From: Candidatus Bathyarchaeota archaeon
Lineage (GTDB): Archaea; Thermoproteota; Bathyarchaeia; 40CM-2-53-6; RBG-13-38-9
Direction: 5' to 3'
DNA: 64,000 nucleotides
Assembly (NCBI GenBank): GCA_963807605.1
Contig: CAWECG010000001.1
Span: 416,001-480,000, forward strand
This document shows, piece after piece, positions 1-10,319 of the stretch. The notes under the pieces were generated by a model, which did not search any database, had not been told where the DNA came from, and worked only from the letters and a program-made list of their open reading frames with translations. Every line of letters starts with the position of its first letter. Within the stretch, counting starts at the first letter, position 1. A program made the translations under genes and the position numbers.

Positions 1-348
1 GGCTTCTCCGATATACTCCATGTACTTCTTCTTTTGAAATGTCAAGTAACCTTTGGCCATCGGATTAGAGAGATCAAGTGTCGTAGTAGCTTCAACCTTC
101 ATCCCCTCAGGAATCAAGCCCTTGGAGAAAACGTCTTTCGTTATTGCTCCAAGTCTATATGGGTCGTCAACGTTAACGTATCTACCGAATGTTTCACCGC
201 TAGTAAGGCTATCAATAGTTTCAAAGACCTCTATGGCGGTAATTTTCTGATGGCTAGTTCTGGCTAGTTGCGACCAAGTTTTGAAAAGTTTGTCACGATC
301 TCTTCCATATCCTGCGTCCATGAATTTACTGATAGCATCAATTCTCAT
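1..348 (-). CDS. Hypothetical protein, partial (runs off left edge)
   Basis: Open frame from ATG 348 to the window edge (MRIDAISKFMDAGYGRDRDK...KKKYMEYIGEA), absent from the ORF track. An upstream ATG at 422 encodes a signal-like MSALTRKQIIADATLAALVGV that is one base out of frame. Confidence 0.6.
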   Translation of the reverse strand, partial: MRIDAISKFMDAGYGRDRDKLFKTWSQLARTSHQKITAIEVFETIDSLTSGETFGRYVNVDDPYRLGAITKDVFSKGLIPEGMKVEATTTLDLSNPMAKGYLTFQKKKYMEYIGEA

Positions 349-521
349 AATCGATGCTCTACTCCTACCAAAGCTGCAAGGGTTGCATCCGCGATTATCT
401 GCTTCCTAGTCAAGGCGCTCATTTAATAGTTCCTTCCGTAGCAGCCTGTCCAAAGATTCCGATCAATTAGTAGTTGCTGAAATACTGCATTTGAATCTTT
501 GCACCCGCACGCGGGTCATGA

Positions 522-622
522 TGTGTGTGCCCTAGCTGGTGAGCACCCACCACCACCACACACAATTCTAACTCACTCTAACGGTTCAAATCCGGATGCT
601 CTCACCAAGGGGCACACACACC
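522..622. repeat. Palindromic (CA)n / tRNA-3'-like repeat, copy 1
   Basis: TGTGTGTGCCCTAGCTGGTGAGCAC...CTCTAACGGTTCAAATCCGGATGCTCTCACCAAGGGGCACACACA; imperfect inverted ends; similar to copies at 2373, 5068 and 10320. Confidence 0.85.
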
Positions 623-726
623 AAGCGCGCGCTAACTACGAGCGCGTATGGGTTAACATTGTTCACTAACAATGTTCCACAACGTACATACCTAGAGATC
701 CATTATCGTTACAGCATGGTGAAAAA

Positions 727-1308
727 ATGAGTGTAAAAAGTAAAATCACCCCACTTACGATGGCAGTGATCATCATAGTGGTTATAGGCTCAACGCTAGC
801 GATGAGCGTCACATTTACAACGGCAACAAATGCAGCGCCAGATAAAACAAGCACATCGGGGAGCAGATACCTTAACACGGCTCACCGCATGCATGGAAAC
901 TTCTCCGCATCCAGACACGGAAATCAAAGCAGGTCTTGGAACGTGACAACTACTTCAGCGCAGGCCCAAGCAGTAGTTACCGCAGCTATCCCCAGTTTCA
1001 CTATCGGGGGGGCGAAGGACAGTGGCAGCTTATGGATGGTGAACGTCACATACAATAGTACAGTGGTTATGAACGTGCCCGTAGCAAAGGTCAATACCCC
1101 AACGTCTGGAGATGCTGTGAATGCTGTCCAAGCCTCTCAGGGTAAGGGCTGGACCGCTGGGACTCCAAAGCAATTCGCATTCATGTACAACGTGCCCATC
1201 GTAGATTCAAACGGCAACACTATCGCCAGTGTCAGGGTAGACGGTAGGACCGGCCACATCATTACTGGAAAGATGTCCGCCGGATTCCGAATGCATGCGC
1301 ATGCGTAA
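727..1308 (+). CDS. Secreted/membrane-anchored protein with two PepSY-like repeats
   Basis: N-terminal hydrophobic helix, S/T-rich linker, two helix-plus-strand repeats ending in SVRVDGRTGHII (PepSY-like V.VDa.TG.I). Confidence 0.6.
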   Translation: MSVKSKITPLTMAVIIIVVIGSTLAMSVTFTTATNAAPDKTSTSGSRYLNTAHRMHGNFSASRHGNQSRSWNVTTTSAQAQAVVTAAIPSFTIGGAKDSGSLWMVNVTYNSTVVMNVPVAKVNTPTSGDAVNAVQASQGKGWTAGTPKQFAFMYNVPIVDSNGNTIASVRVDGRTGHIITGKMSAGFRMHAHA

Positions 1309-1489
1309 GCACCCAGACCAACTAGTTCACACTCGGACCGAAACCTCCTTCTACCTCTCTTCTTGACTCGAAAGAGAATCAAACCCGCCGGAGACGGAAC
1401 AATACAGTGGACGCAAGAGGACCAAATTAGAAAGCAAATGCGCCTGCCAAGAAAGAAGAAGCCGTAGTCATGCTCGCAAGAAGACCGAG

Positions 1490-1520
1490 GAGGGGCCGGT
1501 CACACAGCTGCCCCTCTTTT
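1490..1520 (+). terminator. GC-rich hairpin followed by T-tract
   Basis: GAGGGGC...GCCCCTC TTTT between convergent genes. Confidence 0.35.
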
Positions 1521-1612
1521 CGCCTGCTTCAACACCGGACACAGACGCAGTCCAGAACCCGCATCTTGCAGGAACCAGTGATAACACTTTGCATAAGAGT
1601 CCAGCCAAGCAG

Positions 1613-2065
1613 CTAGATTCGATAGATTTCACCCAGCATCTTTAGTAGCTTCAAAATATGCGGGTTCAATAGTTTCTTGTCCATGTCGGACATCTGACCA
1701 TATGCCTTCAGCTTCTCCGGCCTGAGATCTTCGAGGATTATCCGGATCTCGATTAGTGTACTATACACCCAGCGGCTGAGAGACTTTTCATCCCTTTCTA
1801 GTTTAAATTTCTCTTTGAGCTGTCTGATCTCATCAAGCATGGACGTCGCAACATTCAGTATTTTCTTCTTCGTCTGAGGATCAACATCATAAGTAGTGGA
1901 TTGAAGGATTGACCCAAAGTCCTTGCTATCTTGCTCTAGCTTCTCAGTTATCGTATGAAGGTCCTTTTCAATGATTACCAGACTGCTTCCCAAGGCTCTC
2001 CTGTGGCTTTCATTCATAACCCTCACCTCATTGCAAAGCTGGAGCCGCTCTCCTAAAGTGAGCAT
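1613..2065 (-). CDS. Hypothetical helical protein
   Basis: 150 aa ORF with coding-like composition and the LEDLRPEKLKAYG motif. Confidence 0.7.
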   Translation of the reverse strand: MLTLGERLQLCNEVRVMNESHRRALGSSLVIIEKDLHTITEKLEQDSKDFGSILQSTTYDVDPQTKKKILNVATSMLDEIRQLKEKFKLERDEKSLSRWVYSTLIEIRIILEDLRPEKLKAYGQMSDMDKKLLNPHILKLLKMLGEIYRI

Positions 2066-2372
2066 CGACTATAATCGGGCCATAATGTGAGGCGCCTTTG
2101 AGTTTGCTTGTTACCCTCTCTATCACGTCGATCTCTGAACCGAAAGGCTCCTTCGTGACGTGCGCGTGTTTCCAGAACCAGACTGCCACACTTCACACAA
2201 CCCAACATCCACTAGTCTTCATTGAAGGTTGTAGAAGCTATCATCCCCCACGAACGCTAATGCAGGGGCAGTTAAAGGCGAGCCTCATCGCCTTACGTTT
2301 ACATCTAGCCTAGCGTCATAATAATAAACGTTCCCTCATCCTTTCCAAAAATCACAAGATAGTGTTCATCCA

Positions 2373-2486
2373 CCCTAGCTGGTGAGCACACACACAAATA
2401 GTCTACTCTAACGGTTCAAATTATGGTGCTCTCACCAGCTATAACACACACCACACACACATGATAACTGCTCGCTACGCTCGCAG
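2373..2486. repeat. Palindromic repeat copy 2 plus GNA-triloop/tandem-GA hairpin
   Basis: CCCTAGCTGGTGAGCACACACAC...CTCTAACGGTTCAAATTATGGTGCTCTCACCAGCTA(CA)n, then CTGCTCGCTACGCTCGCAG. Confidence 0.85.
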
Positions 2487-2559
2487 AACATACTGGCAGC
2501 AGTATAGGGTGCGGTTTCAATAGTTGCCGAAGTCTATTGTTTTATGGTTTGAATGGTTT

Positions 2560-2845
2560 TGGTTTACAATATAATACAAGAATACGCAATATCTCATTTC
2601 ATACCTAAATCAACATATGCAGATACCGGAAAACCAACAATACTAAACATACGCTAACAATACTAAAAATACTGGAAAAATATGACCTAAACAATACAAA
2701 CCAACAGAGAACAAAACAAACAACAAACAAAGAAACAAAGACATAAAGAAAGACATAACTCGACCCGGAAAAAAACAAGGAAAACTAATACAAAACTAAC
2801 AGTAAGCAGCAAAAAAAGTAACAAACTATGGCATACAACACATGA
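2560..2845. other. A/C-skewed low-complexity tract
   Basis: Plus strand is mostly A and C (AACAAAACAAACAACAAACAAAG...); no credible ORF. Confidence 0.7.
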
Positions 2846-2852
2846 TTCTGAA

Positions 2853-2906
2853 GTGCTAACCAGCTAAGGCACCACCACCAAGAATTACTGCTAGCTTCGT
2901 TCGCAG
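2853..2906. repeat. Half copy of the repeat family plus degenerate hairpin
   Basis: GTGCTAACCAGCTAAGGCACCACCACC...ACTGCTAGCTTCGTTCGCAG is an imperfect direct repeat of 2426-2486. Confidence 0.65.
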
Positions 2907-3380
2907 AGGTGAAGGTGTAGTTTGCATCCAAGTCAGTGCTAATACTGGAAAGGAAAACCAAGGTAGAGTTTTCTTTTTCGCTGTGAGTTTGGCTTTGAGT
3001 TCAGGATCTCAACAATCACGAAGTTGTTGGCTGCCGCACTAACCTTGTAGTGCGCGACCTTTACCCATTACGCGTGTTTTCTTGGAATTGAGATCGAGTA
3101 GGAGAAAGGTTGATTCTGGAGTGTAAGCTATCGATTTTTCAGATTTTATAACGATTGAACTTTCACCTGTTTTGCTAATCGTGATAGGGACTGTCTGCAT
3201 GCGCGCGCGCGTAGTTGAGATGATGAGGACTAGCGCGTGCAGGGCCCCTCCCGAGCCTTCATGGACAATCTGAAGAAAGAACTCTCACTCCGCTAAGAAC
3301 CCAGAATGGGTCAGGGAATAGCGCGCTACTGCACGAAATGGTTAAGAGTTCAAGCTTAGAAAGATACGCTGGTCTGAGCA

Positions 3381-3803
3381 TTGTCGCATCCTTCATTAAG
3401 GGAGTTTTATGACAAATTCAAGAATGAGCCGCCAGAGGCTGTTCAAAAGGTAGCCTTCGAAATGGGTCAGGCCCAAGGTCGCAGTTCCGCGCGAAAAATC
3501 AGCCTAAAGGGCAACGATGTGGAGGCTCTTGCTATGCTAGGTAACGCCGCGTTCAGAGAGCTAAAGTGGGGTGATTCGTGGACCGTCGAGGGCGATAAAG
3601 TTGTATTAAGAGCTGGATATTATTGCCCAGTTATGGTCGCTGCCATATCGCTCAAATTGTCTTGGGAGTGGTTAGACCAGAATTTTGCATTTCCATTTTT
3701 GAAAGGTTTTGTGTCGGCCGTCAATCCAAATATTGAATTCAAAATAGGAAAGCAGCGGTGTAAAGGAGATCCCATTTGTGAACATTTTTTCAAAATAAAA
3801 TGA
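3381..3803 (+). CDS. V4R/MetOD1-like small ligand-binding protein
   Basis: YCP and RCKGDPICEHFF motifs typical of the V4R/ATC-hydrolase-like fold. Confidence 0.6.
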   Translation: MSHPSLREFYDKFKNEPPEAVQKVAFEMGQAQGRSSARKISLKGNDVEALAMLGNAAFRELKWGDSWTVEGDKVVLRAGYYCPVMVAAISLKLSWEWLDQNFAFPFLKGFVSAVNPNIEFKIGKQRCKGDPICEHFFKIK

Positions 3804-3835
3804 ACCATACTTCATCTGAATAGGAAGGCTGTTGC

Positions 3836-4999
3836 GTGAAGGATAATTCCTTACAGGTTGCCACACCCCGTTGGGTTCACATATCTGTTTTTGCGATCAA
3901 TCAAAAAGATGAAGCTGAATCAAGCCAAAAAGTCCTCCAGTGCATAAGGGATAAGTTTTCCTCAAAATCAATCATCGCTGACTCCAACGGCGCCGAATTC
4001 TCAATAGACGGCAAGGAATGTTCCGTCAGGTTACTGGAGCAATCGGATTGTCATATTTTTACTGTGACTATTGATTCATCAAATGCTGATTATGTTTCAA
4101 AGAATTGGGAGAATGACGTTTCGAGTTATCTTCGATACGCCAATCTTATTTTGCAGATGTTGCCCAAAAACCCCATTTCGGAATTCACCATTTTCATTGG
4201 ACTTACGGATAGCCAGATTGATGCCTTGAGTTTGCTGCAACAGTATTCAGGTTACTTTGGGTCCCCCGATAAAGCTAGAGGCATCACGCGCAACTGTCTT
4301 GTTGCTACTTTTGAGAAAGCAAAAACAATGGATTGTGACTCTGTAGGAAGGAACTTTTTGATATCGCCTTTTGGTCAGAATACTCTTGAGTCAAAATATA
4401 ATTTATCAAACTTCTGTGAGGACCTCGCTCAATCTGCATCAATTGTTGGCAGATTGAACAACTTTTGCCGGTTGGATGAGCCTTTCTTCAAAACTATCAC
4501 GGCTGCGGAGCAGGCAGCGCAAGTGAGGAACGAAGAAATCTTTCGAAATATTGGGAATCTTGAACAGATAGAACTTGGCGTTCTAAAATCATGGTTAGGG
4601 GAACTGACTTACATGTTCTCATCCTTATCAGTCTTGACTGGCGCTATGAGACGCGACTATGCAAAAGCTCAAGTCTACTTAACTGAAATCAATGACCTTC
4701 TCAGCAAATGGAAAGAGAAGAATTTCGAAGGATATTCAACGAACTTATCCGCAGAAGTTATGGAATGTGAAGCACTTGCAAGACCCTTCAAAACCTTCTT
4801 GGACAGATCAGACGCGTTGAGAACCCAGATAGAAACGATTCTAGATACAATCCGAACCTACTTGAGTGTTCGGCAGCAGGAGCAGACCACTGATATACTG
4901 AAGGCTACAGAAAAAAATGAGAAACTCTTGAACATTTTGACATGGGTTATTACGTTTTTCACTATTGCTTTGGTCATCTTAGAAATACTAAGACATTAA
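3836..4999 (+). CDS. Hypothetical membrane protein with coiled coil and C-terminal TM (CorA/DUF3422-like architecture)
   Basis: 387 aa; long amphipathic helices, then LNILTWVITFFTIALVILEIL; probably co-transcribed with the V4R-like gene. Confidence 0.6.
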   Translation: MKDNSLQVATPRWVHISVFAINQKDEAESSQKVLQCIRDKFSSKSIIADSNGAEFSIDGKECSVRLLEQSDCHIFTVTIDSSNADYVSKNWENDVSSYLRYANLILQMLPKNPISEFTIFIGLTDSQIDALSLLQQYSGYFGSPDKARGITRNCLVATFEKAKTMDCDSVGRNFLISPFGQNTLESKYNLSNFCEDLAQSASIVGRLNNFCRLDEPFFKTITAAEQAAQVRNEEIFRNIGNLEQIELGVLKSWLGELTYMFSSLSVLTGAMRRDYAKAQVYLTEINDLLSKWKEKNFEGYSTNLSAEVMECEALARPFKTFLDRSDALRTQIETILDTIRTYLSVRQQEQTTDILKATEKNEKLLNILTWVITFFTIALVILEILRH

Positions 5000-5067
5000 G
5001 CACCTATGATGTCTGATAACCGCTACAATTAGGCAATCGCACCTTATTGGGTTCGAATCGGCCGAGA

Positions 5068-5150
5068 TGTCCCTTGGTGCGAGCGTCGTAGTTTGAACCG
5101 TTAGGCACTGATTTTGTGTGTGTGTGTCCCTTGGTGAGGGGGATATGGAT
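5068..5150 (-). repeat. Repeat family copy 3 (reverse orientation, two tandem ACCAAGGGAC modules)
   Basis: Minus strand reads CCCCCTCACCAAGGGACACACACACAC...CTAACGGTTCAAACTACGACGCTCGCACCAAGGGAC. Confidence 0.8.
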
Positions 5151-5396
5151 ATCTGGCTGTTTGGTGTTGTCACGTGGATACTGATTTTTTGACGCGGACA
5201 TCCACATGGACATTTCTAAATTGAAGTGAGTTGAGCGCACGCCCCATCTCGACTGTTTAAATGCTATTTCTTGTTTATTGGCACTGCCAATGACTTGATT
5301 CCTACACTAGAAAGAGCTGCACGGCTTCCCGTAAATGTGGTGCTTATACGCTGAGCAGGGAGTATTCTAGGAGTCGAGCTCCAGAGGCTTGGTGGT

Positions 5397-5987
5397 ATGG
5401 TCTTTTCAGCTAGCAGGTTGAGAATCCGGAGTCATCCAGAAGTCTATGAGCCTTCTGAGGATTCTGTCCTTCTGGCGAATAGTTTGGATATTGGTTCTGG
5501 GGAGAGGGTTTTGGAGATAGGTGTGGGGTCAGGTTACGTCTCGCTGGTCGCCGCTCAGAGGGCGGCTTCTATTGTTGGTATAGACATCAACCCACATGCT
5601 GCTCGACTGGCGAAGGCGAATGCCAGGTTGAATGGCGTAGCGAATGTTGAATTCATTGCGGGTGACCTGTTCTTTCCGATAATGGGCAGGTTCAACCTCA
5701 TACTCATTAACCCGCCTTACCTTCCGGAGAAGGGAGGCGCCAAGCGGGATCCCATAGAGCTGGCGTGGGATGGTGGAGAGGACGGGAGGCGTTTGACTGA
5801 GAGATTCATCAACGAAGTCCAGGATTACCTGGAGCCCGATGGGAGAGTACTCATGATTCAGTCCTCGCTCTCTGGATACGAGGAAACCGTCAGGAGCCTG
5901 TCTGGAAGGGGTTTTCAAGTCAAGACATTGGCTGAACAGAAGTTTTTCTTTGAAACCATCTATCTCATCGAGGCAAGGAGAGTATAA
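5397..5987 (+). CDS. HemK2/MTQ2-family SAM-dependent N-methyltransferase
   Basis: VYEPSEDS, LEIGVGSG, NPPY and WDGGEDG motifs. Confidence 0.9.
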   Translation: MVFSASRLRIRSHPEVYEPSEDSVLLANSLDIGSGERVLEIGVGSGYVSLVAAQRAASIVGIDINPHAARLAKANARLNGVANVEFIAGDLFFPIMGRFNLILINPPYLPEKGGAKRDPIELAWDGGEDGRRLTERFINEVQDYLEPDGRVLMIQSSLSGYEETVRSLSGRGFQVKTLAEQKFFFETIYLIEARRV

Positions 5988-6199
5988 TGTTCGCAGTACA
6001 ATACTATCCTGCAGAGGTTAAGACAGTTCGCATACGTAATCCACTGCAATGTGTGCAGGGCGCTAGCGTGTGCTATCATAAACTCTGCCAGGATTATTAG
6101 CGCGCACTAGCATTGAGAGTTGCCCAGTGTGTTAGCGGAGCAGGAAGCGTCTACACGTCTGCACAGGCTCTTAAGGAAATCCTCTAGCGAGCGTGGTGC

Positions 6200-6895
6200 T
6201 CATTTTGATTGGTTCCCGATGACTGTAAGTTTGCCGCTTTTGCCAACACTAACTTGCAGCTCTCCTCTAAAGGTTCTTACCTGTCCATTCTCAATTTGAA
6301 CTGTGTCACCAATCGAGACCATGTTTATTTGGTTGTTCCAGAGCGGTAACTTGATAGAACCAGTATCATCAGAGATTGTTGAGTTTGATACACCGAGAGG
6401 GTTACCCCCGTACCTCGAGAAGACCGTCCTCGCGATTGGTTTCTCAACGACCCGGGCTTTCAGATTGACCCATTTAACTCCCGAATTTACATCTTTGACT
6501 TTCATGTCGACAGGTATCGACTTTTCCATTTTGTTAAGTGTCGTGTATTCGTTCCATGGAGGGCTTTCAAGGTCAATTTCTGGCATATGCTTCAACGTTG
6601 CCCCGGTAAGGCGTAGTTGAGTGATTACCTTTTGATCTTGGGTTACGAGAAAGACACCGTCATCCTTTGTCTTTTGGCGACATTGGATCGATATGTCCTT
6701 GTACGACGATCTCTCATGCGTCCACGCATCGAAGAAACATTCAAAAAATTTGTGTGAGTCAAGCCCGTATTTCTTCGAAACGTAGAACAAGTACAAGATG
6801 TGTGTCATATCAGGCTTAAATTGCCGTTGGCCACGGGGCCTACCCCGTCCATATTGCAACATCTCTCTTCGTAGAACATGTAAGCCTGTCAACAA
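6200..6895 (-). CDS. OB-fold ssDNA-binding (RPA/SSB-like) protein with N-terminal extension
   Basis: C-terminal VNLKARVVE...ISDDTGSIKLPLWN...VQIENG..RTFRGELQVSVG OB fold; start uncertain. Confidence 0.85.
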   Translation of the reverse strand: MLTGLHVLRREMLQYGRGRPRGQRQFKPDMTHILYLFYVSKKYGLDSHKFFECFFDAWTHERSSYKDISIQCRQKTKDDGVFLVTQDQKVITQLRLTGATLKHMPEIDLESPPWNEYTTLNKMEKSIPVDMKVKDVNSGVKWVNLKARVVEKPIARTVFSRYGGNPLGVSNSTISDDTGSIKLPLWNNQINMVSIGDTVQIENGQVRTFRGELQVSVGKSGKLTVIGNQSK

Positions 6896-7090
6896 GATCA
6901 GGTTATTGTGAGTTGCCTTGCTCTTTAACTTTTGATCATCAGCTAGCGCGTGCTTACTGAGGAATCTGGATGCGACTGATACTTTGCTAAGCCCTTCACC
7001 CTGATGATATTTGGGTAGAGGTCAAGAGGCATCTTAAGAGATACTGAGCCTCTTCTCCGTCTCCTCAACGTTGTTAAGAAGGTGCTGCAT

Positions 7091-7690
7091 ATGGTGAATG
7101 ACGAAACCTATCGGTGGAGTTGTGAAATCTCGGCAAAGGACAAGGCGTTTGTGACTGTACAGAACGTTGTCGCCACGGCAAATCTAAAACACCGCCTAGA
7201 CCTAGACATCATCGCGCGATTATTTCCTGGAACTGAGTATCGACCAGAACAATTTCCAGGGCTTGTTTTCAGATTGAAGAAACCTAAGACCGCGACACTC
7301 CTTTTCAGCTCTGGAAAGATGGTTTGCACCGGGTCCAAGTCAGAACGGCAGGCAAAAAGAGCAGTGACAAATATCGCGGCTGAACTCAAGAGAAATGGAA
7401 TGGTAATCATTGGCAGACCCGACATTCAGGTACAGAACATTGTAGCTTCAGGCGGACTAGGCGGCTCCATCGACCTAGAAAAGACTACGTATTCACTGAA
7501 GAAGACGATGTATGAACCTGAGCAATTTCCCGGCTTGATTTACCGGATGGATGAACCGAAAGTGGTTATGCTCCTCTTCGCAAGCGGTAACTTCGTCTGC
7601 ACCGGGGCGAAGAAGGAAGAAGAAGTTCACCGCGCTGTAACCACACTTCAAGAGACGCTTGAGAAGAAAGAACTTATTGAATACAAGTAG
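7091..7690 (+). CDS. tbp: TATA-box-binding protein
   Basis: Two repeats of QNVVA/QNIVA, Y.PEQFPGL, LF.SG..VCTG; GGTG SD before ATG 7091. Confidence 0.97.
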   Translation: MVNDETYRWSCEISAKDKAFVTVQNVVATANLKHRLDLDIIARLFPGTEYRPEQFPGLVFRLKKPKTATLLFSSGKMVCTGSKSERQAKRAVTNIAAELKRNGMVIIGRPDIQVQNIVASGGLGGSIDLEKTTYSLKKTMYEPEQFPGLIYRMDEPKVVMLLFASGNFVCTGAKKEEEVHRAVTTLQETLEKKELIEYK

Positions 7691-7984
7691 GCAGACGATA
7701 TAGCCTACTCAAACACCACATCACTTCTCTAGCGTGCCCGTCAAAGGGATTTTGAAAGAGTTATCTCGATGGTTGAGACCGACCCCGTGTCACCTTCCTC
7801 CCGGGGCATCTCCTCTGTCCCAAGACTCACGCGTTCAACCTTGGTTTTTCATGAACCTACGTCTGGTTATTTCCGCGACGTCAACTGCGGTTGAAATGGC
7901 CTGACCTCTGGCTTTGAGGTTTACTAGCGCGCGCTGCGAAAGTTTTACTTAAGATATGCTAGTATAGTAATTGGAGAGTGAGGT

Positions 7985-9190
7985 TTGTTGATGGGCCAAG
8001 AACCCTATTATCCTGGTGATGAGGAGAGAGGGTGGAGAGATAGAGAGAGGAAGCAAGGTGGTGTTACTTCTAGAAGGCAGATTTATGCTCTTGTCGGACT
8101 GTTCATGATAAGTGTTCTGGTAATCGGTGTAGTTCTAGCTCTCTTGTCTACCGGAATAGGTCAAAGCGGCGGTGGGACTTGGTGGCAGAAGATCTCTATA
8201 ACACACACGCCCATCGCAACATCATCACTCGGCACGAATATAGTGGTTACCGCCAACGTCATCGGAACCCCCACAAATGTCACATTAAACTATCTAATCG
8301 TACCTAACAATGCCACATATGCAATAATTCGGACCGTTGCACCAGAGACTGTTTATATGCTCTTACTGTCGCCGGGAGGTACTCAGTATTCCTATACGAT
8401 TCAAGGCACTGAGGTGCTGGGGGACGTGACCTATTACATATCGGCTGCTGATGCCTTTGGAAACACTGCGATAACACCACAATATAAAATAGCGATTGAT
8501 GATTACAATATCCAAACTTCGCTTAAAGAGATGACTGTCTATGTGTCATATCCTGCAGCGACAACGGTTTACGTGAATTCCCTTAACAATTGGACCTCTC
8601 CAATCTCATTGAGAGCCACCGTGCTCGGTCTGCAAGCACTACCGGGAGGATTGGAAGCGGACTTTAACCCGCAGAGTGTTACACCACCGAAGGGTGGAAC
8701 AGCGACCGCAACAATGACAGTAAGGGCTACATCAAACCAATTCGTTCCAGGTGGCATCTACTACATGAGAGTGGAGGGACTTGCTTCTACTCCAAGAGGG
8801 TCCTTCATGAGAAACGGTACAATTGTAGAACTTAAGGTTCCTGACTTCAATTTCACAGTGAACCCGACAGCCCAGAGCGTGAAAAGACAAGTCGTCAACC
8901 AGATAGTCGAGCAGATAACACCCTTCAATCTCACAATAAATGTAGATCCAGGATTCGGGTCAAAGCTAGGCTTCCGTACTTCCGGTCTGCCCACAACTGG
9001 ATTATACACACGCTGGGTTGTAGCAAATTCTACTTTTTACACGACAGGAACAACCATTGTGACTCTTCAGATCGTAACAAATACCTCGGTTCAAACAGGC
9101 AGTTATACGTGTACTATTTACGTTTCAGGTGGAGGGCTCGAGAAGTGGCAACAAGTCTCATTCGTTGTATTAGCATCCACGCAATCATAA
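7985..9190 (+). CDS. Membrane-anchored surface protein with Ig-like beta domains
   Basis: Charged N-tail, one TM helix, T/V-rich beta repeats (ITHTP...YYISAAD, F.PQSVTPP.GGTATATMTV). Confidence 0.75.
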   Translation: MLMGQEPYYPGDEERGWRDRERKQGGVTSRRQIYALVGLFMISVLVIGVVLALLSTGIGQSGGGTWWQKISITHTPIATSSLGTNIVVTANVIGTPTNVTLNYLIVPNNATYAIIRTVAPETVYMLLLSPGGTQYSYTIQGTEVLGDVTYYISAADAFGNTAITPQYKIAIDDYNIQTSLKEMTVYVSYPAATTVYVNSLNNWTSPISLRATVLGLQALPGGLEADFNPQSVTPPKGGTATATMTVRATSNQFVPGGIYYMRVEGLASTPRGSFMRNGTIVELKVPDFNFTVNPTAQSVKRQVVNQIVEQITPFNLTINVDPGFGSKLGFRTSGLPTTGLYTRWVVANSTFYTTGTTIVTLQIVTNTSVQTGSYTCTIYVSGGGLEKWQQVSFVVLASTQS

Positions 9191-9544
9191 ATGGAGTAAA
9201 TGATGCAACATACACCTTTGATCATGGCGAGCGTGGCGAGCCATCCGTAAAATGAAGAGATGGTTTGGGAGATTCTTCTCCCAACATGAGTGAGAGGAAT
9301 AATTTTTGCTCTTCAGAATATGGTGTTGATTCAGCTCATCGCTGCCATAATGCCTCCTCTAGTCTTATCGAACACCAGCGATGAGTCCATCGTAACTGTA
9401 TCTGACGTATCCTGTCGGTCATGTTAAGCTGAGCGCACGTTCAACGACGCTATCCAACCTAGGTACTCTATGTTTCTAGACAATATGCTATGGTTGCTTC
9501 TACGTGTGCGCTTAAGTTGCTGTTACAAGATAGCCGCGGGCACC

Positions 9545-10291
9545 ATGAAGCCCGTTCTTTTTTTATTAATACTGTCTATTGTGCTCACGCCGTCTTTCGC
9601 TCCATCAGGAGCGCTATCAAACTCTGCTTTGAGGTTTAACAAGACTGGAACGAGTTTAAACTGGTCAGGTTATGTGGTCGAAACAAGTCTTACTTCACCA
9701 CAGAAGGGAGCTGTAACAGATGTTAAGGGCACGTGGATACTTCCTTCAGTTCATCATTGGATCATGCCATACGCTGCTTCCTGTGTTTGGATAGGGATAG
9801 ATGGTAATTCCTCTATTGAACAAGTAGGAACTGATTCTGACTATTGTCAAGGAACGCCAACATATTATGCTTGGTATGAGATGTATCCAAATAATGCTGT
9901 AATGGCAAACCTGAAGATTTCTCCTGGAGACAAGATATCCGCCGAAGTCAAATACCTGGGACAAGATAACTTCCGACTGATGATTAATGACACAACGACT
10001 GGGAAGAGCTTTTCAACAACTCAAAAAGCGCCCGCTGCTCAAGAATCGTCTGCTGAATGGATAGTGGAGGCGCCATCTTATTCATGGCGCATTCTGTCAT
10101 TAGCAAATTTTGGAACTGTTACTTTCACAAACGCTCAGGCAACTCTGAACGGACATACCGGTACGATAAGCGATGCTGCATGGAAATATGATGCAGTAAC
10201 TATGACTACGTCTTCCGGGACCGTCAAAGCCCAAGAATCAACTCTTTCAAGTAGCGGAACAAGCTTCTCAGTGATATGGCATAATTTATAG
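9545..10291 (+). CDS. Secreted family G1 glutamic peptidase (eqolisin)
   Basis: Signal peptide from ATG 9545; NWSGY, WIGIDG, IEQVGT, AWYEMYP and SAEWIVEAP motifs (catalytic Q and E present). Confidence 0.9.
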   Translation: MKPVLFLLILSIVLTPSFAPSGALSNSALRFNKTGTSLNWSGYVVETSLTSPQKGAVTDVKGTWILPSVHHWIMPYAASCVWIGIDGNSSIEQVGTDSDYCQGTPTYYAWYEMYPNNAVMANLKISPGDKISAEVKYLGQDNFRLMINDTTTGKSFSTTQKAPAAQESSAEWIVEAPSYSWRILSLANFGTVTFTNAQATLNGHTGTISDAAWKYDAVTMTTSSGTVKAQESTLSSSGTSFSVIWHNL

Positions 10292-10319
10292 AGCAGCACC
10301 TTTTCTTGAAACGCGTCGT

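Noticed and set aside
2560-2845. A-rich tract as a hydrophobic minus-strand ORF or replication origin
   Set aside because: Frames are interrupted and hydrophobicity follows from G/T bias; no ORB repeats or cdc6 nearby.
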